42,433 nt of DNA. Origin: an uncultured Cytophagia bacterium (lineage in GTDB: Bacteria; Zhuqueibacterota; Zhuqueibacteria; Zhuqueibacterales; Zhuqueibacteraceae). Each line of letters begins with the position of its first letter. Positions within the stretch are counted from its first letter, which is position 1. The stretch is taken from positions 1-42,433 of the forward strand of contig CAYUVM010000001.1 of NCBI GenBank assembly GCA_964447935.1. Direction: 5' to 3'. The position numbers were made by a program, and so were the translations under genes. Under the pieces are notes generated by a model, which saw only the letters and a program-made list of their open reading frames with translations, made no database searches and had not been told where the DNA came from. Below, one piece after another: positions 1 to 8,074 of this stretch.

Positions 1-273
1 GCAAATCAATTCCAATTCGCTTTTACCTAAAACCGTGCCGAACACTATTGATTTTCGCACCATTTAAATGGACGTTTTTGACCTACCCAGACCACAATTT
101 CTTAATAAATTTAAGTTTCCACAAATCACCTTTTAAATGGGTTCCCCCTTGGCCGTCGGCTATCGTAAGACAACGGTGCCACTATTTAATCTATTATTTT
201 CATTCTCGCGGTTATTCTTAACTGCGTCAGTTTTGCGTTAATATTTTCGTTTTCATATTATACCATGGGTCAA

Positions 274-3200
274 TCAATACTCCGCCAGATGCACGACATT
301 GCACTCGACGACGCCCGAACCGCTGCAATCGGAGCAGGAGCTTTCGCGCGGGAAACCATCGGGGTCGTATTCTGTCACCCAACCGTCGCCGCCACAATCG
401 CCGCAGCGCGCGCGTCCGGTATTGCCGCAATTATCACAATAAAGCAGCTCCTCGGCGTCCTCATCGCCCAAGCTCGACGCTCTTTTCGCCCAGGATGCAG
501 AAGTGCGGTAGCTCTTTTCAACGCCGGTTCCCTTTAAATACATAACGGCGAGATTGTACATGGCTTTGGTATTGCCGCGGTCCGCGGCGCCTTTGTACCA
601 GCGATATGCTTCGTCATAATTGCGATCGACGCCCGTTCCGCTCACGTACATATACCCGATATTTTTCATCGCTTCAGCGTTGCCCAACTTGGCGGCTTCG
701 GAATACCAAGTGAGCGCTTGCTCGTAATTCCGCGGCACGCCGTGTCCGTTAAAATGGCAATCGCCCAACAGACTCATCGCCTCGTCGTGCTTGGCCTTCG
801 CCGCCTCGCTCAACAACGGAATGGCTTTGGAATAATTTTTTGCATCAACCGAACCGGCGTCGTAATAAAGCAAACCCAGATTCGTCGTCGCTTCCAGATT
901 GCCCAGCGCCGCCGCTTGCACGATCAACTCGACCGCCTCGATCATGTCCGGCTCGACGCCCTGCCCGTTCCAATAGAGCACGCCGAGATTATTGAGCGCG
1001 ACCGGATTCTTCTGCGCCGCGGCGCTGCGCAGGCCGCTCAAACTCGCCGCCGGATTTTGCGCCACCTCGACGCCGGCAAGTTGCTGCTTCTGCAGCCGCA
1101 AAGGCCGGAGCGGAGAAACCGGATTATTTTTTGCCGTTTCGTGTTTTGCTTTCGCGCGCATGCCTTGTTGAATGCCCTCGCGCAGATTGCCGGTGGCGAG
1201 GCTCAAGGCCGCGCCCAAAGCATTGCCAATAAAATTGGCATTGTTGCTTACTGTGGTTTGCTGCATTTTTTTCAGCATGCCATAAGCGATCACGCCGGGC
1301 GGCGCGTCATAGCCGCTTTTGATCGCGTATTCAAACATGCGGGAAGCCGTGTCCATATTTTTTTGCGCGCCTTTTCCGGAGTAATACATTTTCCCGATCA
1401 TCACGTATGCTTCCGGATCGTTTTGTTTGCCGGCGCGCTCAAAATGTTCGAGCGCTTTGGTGAAATTGCGCGGTACGCCTTCGCCGTTGAAATACATTTC
1501 CCCCAAACGCGTGTGCGCCGGACCATAGCCGGTTGTGGCGGCTTTGGAAAACCATTCGATCGCCTTGCTGGAATTGGCCGGCGTGTTGGCCGCGCCTTCG
1601 AGACACATATTGCCCAAACTGATCATCGCTTTGGCGTCGCCTTGATCCGCCGCCTTGCGATACCATTGTAGCGCCTTCTGACTGTTCGGCGCGCCGGCGG
1701 TTCCTCGGGCATAATATGCGCCCAAGAGGCTCATGCTTTCAACATCCCCGGCCAAAGCGCCTTTCTCGAACCACGAAGCCGCTTCGAGATAATTTGATTT
1801 TTCATCATTGAGCTTGCCGAGATTTCGCATCGACGGCGCATAACCCTTCGCAGCCGCCTGGCGATACCACTCGTTCGCTTGGTCAAGATTTTTTTCAACG
1901 TGAATGCCGGCGTGATAAAAAGAACCGAGGCCGTGCATGGCCTCTGCATAATTTGCCTGCGCCCCGCGACGGCAATATTCAAAAGCCGCCGCGGTGTTTT
2001 TCTCGACGATAATTCCTTCCGCATAAATGTTTCCGAGAATGGCGCTTCTGGAAAGGTCGCCGTTCTCCATCGCGTTTTTGAGCCAGTTCACCGCTTCCAT
2101 GGCAACGGCACCGGCCTTTTTCTCGGCGGCAAGCTCCAGCCAATCAAGCGCCTCCATATCATCGCGCGGCACAACTTCGCCCTGCAAATGTATAAAGGCG
2201 AGGCGCCGCACCGCCGGCAGATACTCCGCTTGCGCCGCGGATTTCAACAGCGCGAGAGCGCGCGCGGTATCGCGATTTTCGCTCGCGCCGTTCAGAATTG
2301 TTTCGGCCAGCAAGTATTGCGCTTCAACCAAGCCGTTCGCGACGAGGCGTTGCGTTTCCGCCAGAGCCGGCACAGCAAACGTTTTTGCTGCGGCCTCGTC
2401 TTTGGAAAAGTTGCATTCGCCGCGCGCATGAAACACGGCCAGCCACATCGCCGCCAGTGGTCTGCCGGCGTCTGCCGCAAACCGAAACTGCTCATTGGCC
2501 AACGGCCGATTTTGCGGCCGCGCCAGACCGAGAAAATTTGCCAACGCCGCAGCATGCGTTTTCTCCACGAGATCGAAAGCGTAAGCCGCGCCGGCGTTTA
2601 CCGCCGTGGCATGTTTAAACGAAGCGCCCGCGAGCAGCGAAGGGCCGGACAACGCCACGGTGATTCCCAGATGATCATCGGCGGCAAGATCACAGGGGTA
2701 AAGTTTGTCTTGTTCGATCCAATCCTCGCCCACTCGGCGAAAAACATAAACGGCGCCGCCCTCGCGCTGCCGGCCGTTGTCATCCTGCGCGCCAACCACC
2801 GCAAACTCTCCGCTGATCGCCACGACGCTGCCAAACCGATCTTTGCGGTCGGCGTCGCCAACCTTCAGCGTTTTTTGCAAACGCCATTCCTGGCCGTCGC
2901 GTTTATAAATGTAAGCCGCCACATTGCCCTCTGCGCCGATGATCGCATAGTCGCCGGAGATATCCACGGTCGAGCCAAAGTAACCTTGTTGAACCGGATC
3001 GGGCGGCTTGAGGCGTTTCGTTTTTTTCCAATCGCCGTCCTCGAGCGCATAAAAATAAACCGCGCCCGACTTCACGATTTTGTCCGAGTCAAATGGCACG
3101 CCGGCAATCGCGTGTAGGCCCGAAATGGCCACGGCGTTAAATTCATGCAACGTTTTGGACGGATTCAATCGCGCTTTTTTGCCGAAGAGAATTTTCAAGC

Positions 3201-3717
3201 CGACTTCCCCGACCTTGGCGCCGGTCGAATGGCCGTCCGGATCGAAGTTCGCTTTCTCTTGCCAGGCCTCGCCGGCGCGTTGATAAAAGGCAATTTCTTT
3301 GCCGCCGCCGGCAATGGCCCATGCTCCCGAAAGCGCGACGTGCGTGTTCTTCTCGGTTTCATGCAACGCCGCGCTTTGCTTCCAGCTTTGGCCGTCATAA
3401 CGATAAACATACGCCTGCTCCCCGCCCACCACCGCATAGTCGCCGTCAATGGCGACGCTGTAGCCGTACAAGCCTTGCACTTTTTCATTTTCGCGCAGCG
3501 TGGCAACTCGCCGCCAGTCGATGCCGTCGTTTTCATAAATATGCGCCGCATTCACTGCGGCGATAATGGCCCGCCGCCCCGAGATGTCCACGGCTTTGCC
3601 GAAATAACTTTTCGCATTGGGCGCCGTCAACGGAATTCTGATTTCACCATCTGTTTGCGCGAATGAAGCAACGGTATAGAAAATAAGTGTCGTGACGGCA
3701 TGAATCAATTTTTTCAT
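274..3717 (-). CDS. Secreted multidomain protein: signal peptide, about 7 FG-GAP-like propeller blades, long Sel1-like repeat region, Cys-rich zinc-finger-like C-terminal tail
   Basis: 1147-aa ORF with GGAG 5 nt before the ATG at 3717 and a TGA stop. The N-terminus MKKLIHAVTTLIFYTVASFAQ looks like a Sec signal. Residues ~25-395 hold seven units such as YFGKAVDISGRRAIIAA, YGYSVAIDGDYAVVGG, YFGSTVDISGDYAIIGA and RFGSVVAISGEFAVVGA...GGAVYVF (FG-GAP-like blades). Residues ~470-1090 hold more than 12 units of the type A(M/L)xxLGxxYxxGxGVxxNxxxAxxWYxxAAxxG (Sel1-like). Confidence 0.85.
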   Translation of the reverse strand: MKKLIHAVTTLIFYTVASFAQTDGEIRIPLTAPNAKSYFGKAVDISGRRAIIAAVNAAHIYENDGIDWRRVATLRENEKVQGLYGYSVAIDGDYAVVGGEQAYVYRYDGQSWKQSAALHETEKNTHVALSGAWAIAGGGKEIAFYQRAGEAWQEKANFDPDGHSTGAKVGEVGLKILFGKKARLNPSKTLHEFNAVAISGLHAIAGVPFDSDKIVKSGAVYFYALEDGDWKKTKRLKPPDPVQQGYFGSTVDISGDYAIIGAEGNVAAYIYKRDGQEWRLQKTLKVGDADRKDRFGSVVAISGEFAVVGAQDDNGRQREGGAVYVFRRVGEDWIEQDKLYPCDLAADDHLGITVALSGPSLLAGASFKHATAVNAGAAYAFDLVEKTHAAALANFLGLARPQNRPLANEQFRFAADAGRPLAAMWLAVFHARGECNFSKDEAAAKTFAVPALAETQRLVANGLVEAQYLLAETILNGASENRDTARALALLKSAAQAEYLPAVRRLAFIHLQGEVVPRDDMEALDWLELAAEKKAGAVAMEAVNWLKNAMENGDLSRSAILGNIYAEGIIVEKNTAAAFEYCRRGAQANYAEAMHGLGSFYHAGIHVEKNLDQANEWYRQAAAKGYAPSMRNLGKLNDEKSNYLEAASWFEKGALAGDVESMSLLGAYYARGTAGAPNSQKALQWYRKAADQGDAKAMISLGNMCLEGAANTPANSSKAIEWFSKAATTGYGPAHTRLGEMYFNGEGVPRNFTKALEHFERAGKQNDPEAYVMIGKMYYSGKGAQKNMDTASRMFEYAIKSGYDAPPGVIAYGMLKKMQQTTVSNNANFIGNALGAALSLATGNLREGIQQGMRAKAKHETAKNNPVSPLRPLRLQKQQLAGVEVAQNPAASLSGLRSAAAQKNPVALNNLGVLYWNGQGVEPDMIEAVELIVQAAALGNLEATTNLGLLYYDAGSVDAKNYSKAIPLLSEAAKAKHDEAMSLLGDCHFNGHGVPRNYEQALTWYSEAAKLGNAEAMKNIGYMYVSGTGVDRNYDEAYRWYKGAADRGNTKAMYNLAVMYLKGTGVEKSYRTSASWAKRASSLGDEDAEELLYCDNCGNTGRARCGDCGGDGWVTEYDPDGFPRESSCSDCSGSGVVECNVVHLAEY
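277..438 (-). other. DnaJ-type CxxCxGxG-like Cys-rich segment at the C-terminus of the 1147-aa protein
   Basis: The last 54 aa are CDNCGNTGRARCGDCGGDGWVTEYDPDGFPRESSCSDCSGSGVVECNVVHLAEY. This gives three Cys pairs (CDNCGNTG, CGDCGGDG, CSDCSGSG) plus C-x-x-x-H, enough ligands for two Zn sites. Confidence 0.5.
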
Positions 3718-3823
3718 ACAAACTCCAAATGGTTGAAGTGTGCGAGTACAGCCCGTCTTGGCTGTGTGGGATTCTGTGAAATTATGAACGCCTCGTACTC
3801 AGGTCCGACTCTGTCTGATCCTG

Positions 3824-5632
3824 CTATCGAACAAGTGGCATTTTGCTGATTTCTGACAACGGACGCCGCCATACGCCGCTGCCATAAGTTCCTGCAAAGA
3901 GAGCCGAGCCATTCACAGCAAGCGAACAAACGTTTTTGTTCGTCAAGCCCGTATTGACAGCGCTCCAGCTTGTGCCGTTGTTCGTGGAAACAAAAACGCC
4001 GCCGCCAAAAAATCCCGCAAAGAGATTTGAACCGTGAAGTGCAAAACACTTGACAGTTGCGTTTGTCAAGCCGTTGTTGACGGGGTTCCAACTCGCGCCG
4101 TCGTTCGTGGAACGAAAGATTCCCGCGCTATAAATTCCTGCAAAAAGATTCGGACCGCTTATGGCAAGAACATGAATACTAGGACTTGTCAAGCCGTCAT
4201 TGAGGGCTGTCCAGCTTGTGCCGTTGTTGGCGGAACGAAATACGCCATCACGGGTTGCCGCAAAAAGATTCGAGCCGTTAGCGACAAGAGACAAAATAGT
4301 AGTGCTCGTTAAACCGGTATTGACGGCGTTCCAGCTCTTACCGTTATTGGTCGAAAGAAACACACCACCATCAGTTCCCGTAAAAAGGTTGGCGTTGTTT
4401 ATAATAAGTGAGTAAACACGGGTGTTAGTCAAGCCGCTATTGACGGCGTTCCAACTCTTACCGTTATTGGTCGAAAGAAACACGCCCCCATCAGTTCCCG
4501 CAAAAAGATCCGTGTCGTTTATGGCAAGAGAATTGACAGAAGTGTTTATCAATCCATTATTGGTGGCAGCCCAGTTTGCGCCGTTGTTGGCGGAAAGAAA
4601 CACGCCACTAGCCGTTCCCGCAAAGAGATTTGAACCACTCACTGCAAAAGAACTGACATAAGTGCTTGTCAAGTTGGTATTGACAGCAATCCAGCTTGCG
4701 CCGTGATTGTTGGAAAGAAAGACGCCGCCTGCAGTTCCGGCAAAAAGGTTCGAGTCGTTCACTACAAGAGAACGGACAAAAGTGTTCAATAAGCCGTTAT
4801 TGACCGCCGCCCAACTTGCACCGTCATTTGTGGAAACGAACACGCCGCTATTCGTTCCCGCAAAAAGTTTCGATCCGCTCGTGGCAAAAGAATTAACAAC
4901 AGTTTTCGTCAAACCGGTATTGACGGCAGTCCAGCTTGTGCCATTGTTGGTGGAAAGAAACACGCCGCTACGAGTTCCGGCAAAGAGATTCGAGCCACTG
5001 ACAAACAAAGACCAAACCTCAGTGCTTGTTAAACCGTTATTCACGGCCGTCCAGCTTGTGCCGTTGTTGATGGAACGAAACACACCGGGGCCCAAAGTCC
5101 CCACATAGAGCTCCGAGCCGTTCACGGCAAAAGATCTAACATCACTGTTCGGCATTCCGGTATTGATGGGAGTCCAATTTGTACCGTTGTTAGCGGAAAG
5201 AAACACCCCGCTATTAGTTCCCGCAAAGAGACTTGAGCCGTTCACAAAAAGAGAATAGACATTCATGTTTGTTAAACCAGTATTGACGGCCGACCAGCTT
5301 TTACCGTTGCTGGTGGAAAGAAACACGCCGCCGCCTTCAGTTCCCGCATAAAGATTCGAACCCTTCATGATAAGAGACACAACAGCAGTTTTTGTCAATC
5401 CAGTATTGACGGCGGTCCAGCTTGTGCCATTGTTGGTGGAAAGAAACACGCCGCCATTAGTTCCCGCAAAAAGATTTGAGCCGTTGACGGCAAAGCAAGT
5501 AATTCTGCCTCCATGGGGTCCATTGGTTTGGACCCACTGTGCATAAAGGCTTTGTGCTTCGAGTAGAACAGCGACTGCAAAGAAACAAAGCAGACGTTTC
5601 ATGTTTTTGTATGCAAAAATTGTTTTCATCAT
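3824..5632 (-). CDS. Secreted beta-propeller-type repeat protein (degenerate BNR/Asp-box 40-aa repeats), no T9SS sorting domain
   Basis: 602-aa ORF with GGAGG just upstream of the ATG pair at 5632 and a TAG stop. It has a hydrophobic N-terminus (LLCFFAVAVLLEAQSLYAQ). About 14 consecutive ~40-aa units follow the pattern GGVFLStNNGtSWtaVNtGLTnt.V.SL.v.GsnLFAGT, containing S-x-N-x-G-x-S-W. It ends GVWRRPLSEISKMPLVR without the NPFNP...KMLLVR tail seen in its neighbour. Confidence 0.85.
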   Translation of the reverse strand: MMKTIFAYKNMKRLLCFFAVAVLLEAQSLYAQWVQTNGPHGGRITCFAVNGSNLFAGTNGGVFLSTNNGTSWTAVNTGLTKTAVVSLIMKGSNLYAGTEGGGVFLSTSNGKSWSAVNTGLTNMNVYSLFVNGSSLFAGTNSGVFLSANNGTNWTPINTGMPNSDVRSFAVNGSELYVGTLGPGVFRSINNGTSWTAVNNGLTSTEVWSLFVSGSNLFAGTRSGVFLSTNNGTSWTAVNTGLTKTVVNSFATSGSKLFAGTNSGVFVSTNDGASWAAVNNGLLNTFVRSLVVNDSNLFAGTAGGVFLSNNHGASWIAVNTNLTSTYVSSFAVSGSNLFAGTASGVFLSANNGANWAATNNGLINTSVNSLAINDTDLFAGTDGGVFLSTNNGKSWNAVNSGLTNTRVYSLIINNANLFTGTDGGVFLSTNNGKSWNAVNTGLTSTTILSLVANGSNLFAATRDGVFRSANNGTSWTALNDGLTSPSIHVLAISGPNLFAGIYSAGIFRSTNDGASWNPVNNGLTNATVKCFALHGSNLFAGFFGGGVFVSTNNGTSWSAVNTGLTNKNVCSLAVNGSALFAGTYGSGVWRRPLSEISKMPLVR

Positions 5633-5830
5633 CCACCTCCGAAGTTAGGTTTTGCTACCAGAACCAGCCCAGCTGTTTAATCGAAGCAAAGGTTAGTAGG
5701 AACGCATGCCGCACAAAATTCAGGTCTTATCTGATGCGATAGAAATTCACGCCTCTCGCCCACGGAACGCCCGGTCGCGGTTTTGCCATCTCTCGTTCCA
5801 GCGCTCGGTTAAAGACTACCCTTGGCTGAT

Positions 5831-6718
5831 TTATTCCAACCCCGGCAGCTCGTGAATTTTCTTATAGACTTTTGTTTCGCCGCCAGAAGGTGGAGCGAGA
5901 TAAAGGTATTCGGCTGAGATGATCATGTTGCGCATAGCGCCGTCCATCGACAGCACTCCCGGCCGCTCAACGTGCCAGCGGTGTTGCTGCTTTTCGTACA
6001 AAGCTTGATAAGTGCCGTCTGCGGCAAACTCCAGCACGCTTGTGTTGATCAGCCACAGTCTCTTCTTGGGATGATAAACCGCGCCGCGCACGCCTTCTTT
6101 CGAGGCGATCCAACTGCGGCTATAGTCGGCGCCTTTCCACATGCCGGCGAGGAGCTTGATCTGCTCGCGTATCATCGCCTCGAAATCGATATCGAATCGG
6201 CCATTGTCGATGGTGAGGGTTCGCCCGGGGCCGGCCTGCATTTGCGCGGCAAATGTTCCGCGAATGCCCGAGGCGTCAATATGCGTCACCTGCACGGTTC
6301 CGGAAACCGATTTGTATATTCCGGCTTCCTCGATCGGCAGCCCCCTCATCAAAACGGCTCCGGCTTTGCCCGACTCTGACTTTTCCTGCGCTACCATCGC
6401 ATACTCTCCCGGCGCCGCGATTCCGGAAAACCCGAGCGTGAAGGTTTCCATCATATATTGATCTTTGCGCAGCAAGCCAGTGATGAAAAGCAAGCTATCC
6501 TTCGGGCTGCCGACGCTCAACGAATCGGCTTGCCATTCCTTGCCGGCGATGTCGGCTTTGAAAACGTCGCCGCTTCTTTCAGGCGCTTGGCTTTCCTCGG
6601 GATCTTTCTTGCAAGAGATGATCGCTGCCGCAAGGAGCAGCGCGGCCCACATTAACGTCGTTGAGAGCGGGCGAACGCATTTCGCGTCGCGTCCGTCATT
6701 GTGTCTGGCTGATTGCAT
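5831..6718 (-). CDS. Hypothetical lipoprotein
   Basis: 295-aa ORF with GAGG 8 nt upstream of the ATG at 6718. It contains the lipobox-like signal MWAALLLAAAIISC-KKD; the internal ATG at 6652 is an alternative start. I recognise no domain. Confidence 0.6.
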   Translation of the reverse strand: MQSARHNDGRDAKCVRPLSTTLMWAALLLAAAIISCKKDPEESQAPERSGDVFKADIAGKEWQADSLSVGSPKDSLLFITGLLRKDQYMMETFTLGFSGIAAPGEYAMVAQEKSESGKAGAVLMRGLPIEEAGIYKSVSGTVQVTHIDASGIRGTFAAQMQAGPGRTLTIDNGRFDIDFEAMIREQIKLLAGMWKGADYSRSWIASKEGVRGAVYHPKKRLWLINTSVLEFAADGTYQALYEKQQHRWHVERPGVLSMDGAMRNMIISAEYLYLAPPSGGETKVYKKIHELPGLE

Positions 6719-6757
6719 AAGATGACCTCAAGATTGGGAGATTGGGGTTTGAAACAA

Positions 6758-7981
6758 TCATCGATTGAGCTGTGAACAGCTAACTCTCACGCCATTATCA
6801 TAACATGCGATGGAGCCGAAAGGCTTGTTGGGATCATTATATGTCCAACTGCCGTGCTTGTTTCCATTTTTGTAAGATCCTTCAATGATAAAATATCCTT
6901 GTTCATTCAACTCTTTATAAATGCCGTTTTGCACGCCGTTCTCGTAATTAGCCATAACGCGTTTGATCCCATTCGGATGATACTCGAGCGTCAATCCGTG
7001 CATCAAATCGTTTAAATAATCAATCTCTTTCAACTTGGCGCCATTCTCGTCCCAATAACTCCAAAGACCATGTTTCTTGCCGTTCAGATACAAGCCTTTT
7101 GCTTTCCGAAGGCCGTTAGGATGAAATTGCAGCTCTGGATTAGTATCGAGCGCCCGTTCTTGTTGTCGCCGTTGCCAATAAACCACAAACTCCTCGACAA
7201 ATTCTATCTTCTCGGAGGGAGAATCCCCGAACCAACCTACATTTCGCTCTTTCCATTCCCGATCAACTTGCTCCTTCTTGTATTGATCGAACCAGAGCTT
7301 ATAGCCATGCTCGATACGGTCTTTGTTAACCCGTTCTAATTCATCCACAATTTTAAATCCAAGCTCGTTGCCATATCGTGCCGGCAACCACTTCAACACT
7401 TGTCGATGCAACTCCCGCAGATAATCATTTCTCGTTCGCGCGTCAATATTCGCTCTTTGATTGAGCGCGGTGAAGTCCTCGTACAATTTTTGGTTTTTAT
7501 AGCCGGATTCAAAAAAAGCGTCTATATCGGTAACGTCTTTATTTAATGATAGCGCGCCTCTTAACAGATTCTCCGCAGATTTTGTTCCGATCTGCCACAG
7601 GCCATAATAGTATCGTTCATGAGAGCTTTCAGCCGCTTGCCCAATTTCAACGCCAATTCTAGCATAGTCAATAATGGCTTTGTTCACTCCACTGGTGGCG
7701 ATACCCAAAAGATCGTTCCATTTTTGGGGCCGCAGCGTCCTGTACAGATTTGAATTGGGGTTATTGAATTTTGTCGGCATGGCAGCGCCAATGACAAAGT
7801 AACGTTCGTAGATCGAAGAAACTTTCCACGCGTACGCTAACGTTTGCGCGCCTTCATTTTGCAACGCATTTTGCTGCGCACGGCTATGGCTTCCCCAAAC
7901 CGTTATTGCCAACATTAATGTGATTCGCCGCGAAGCACGTGACATATTTTCGAGATCAATGAACAGAAGTCTCATGATCAT
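6758..7981 (-). CDS. Secreted protein with an unknown N-terminal domain and C-terminal MORN-variant (YwqK-like) repeats
   Basis: 407-aa ORF with AAGGAG 7 nt upstream of the ATG at 7981. The signal-like N-terminus is ITLMLAITVWGSHSRAQ. The C-terminal ~110 aa read GLYLNGKKHGLWSYWDENGAKLKEIDYLNDLMHGLTLEYHPNGIKRVMANYENGVQNGIYKELNEQGYFIIEGSYKNGNKHGSWTY, which is the G-x-x-x-G-x-W/Y repeat pattern of MORN variant / YwqK-family proteins. The sequence is visibly more AT-rich than its neighbours. Confidence 0.75.
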   Translation of the reverse strand: MIMRLLFIDLENMSRASRRITLMLAITVWGSHSRAQQNALQNEGAQTLAYAWKVSSIYERYFVIGAAMPTKFNNPNSNLYRTLRPQKWNDLLGIATSGVNKAIIDYARIGVEIGQAAESSHERYYYGLWQIGTKSAENLLRGALSLNKDVTDIDAFFESGYKNQKLYEDFTALNQRANIDARTRNDYLRELHRQVLKWLPARYGNELGFKIVDELERVNKDRIEHGYKLWFDQYKKEQVDREWKERNVGWFGDSPSEKIEFVEEFVVYWQRRQQERALDTNPELQFHPNGLRKAKGLYLNGKKHGLWSYWDENGAKLKEIDYLNDLMHGLTLEYHPNGIKRVMANYENGVQNGIYKELNEQGYFIIEGSYKNGNKHGSWTYNDPNKPFGSIACYDNGVRVSCSQLNR

Positions 7982-8074
7982 TCTCCTTGAAAAAGATTCA
8001 AAAGACGAAATCTGGCTTACACCGCTTTTCCGGAAGAGCTATTCCGGAGTGAGCTTTTACACCTTCTTTTTGCC

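Noticed and set aside
60-140. 12-bp palindrome CCATTTAAATGG (60-71) and a near-copy CCTTTTAAATGG (129-140) in the AT-rich left edge
   Set aside because: They are short, AT-rich and easily arise by chance in 270 bp of AT-rich spacer. There is no associated gene start within the window.
166-181. Minus-strand TGGCAC-cgttg-TCTTA, a possible sigma-54 -24/-12 element downstream of the first gene
   Set aside because: The -24 half is perfect, but the -12 half lacks the conserved GC (TCTT instead of TTGC). Any target gene would lie outside the window, so the call cannot be supported.
718-3117. Long plus-strand ORFs (317 aa at 718-1671 and 412 aa at 1879-3117) opposite the 1147-aa gene
   Set aside because: They lie antisense to a gene with clear signal peptide, FG-GAP and Sel1 repeat structure. 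Their translations are Arg/Ala/His-rich low-complexity strings with no recognisable motif and no SD. Open antisense frames like these are expected in GC-rich repeat-coding DNA.
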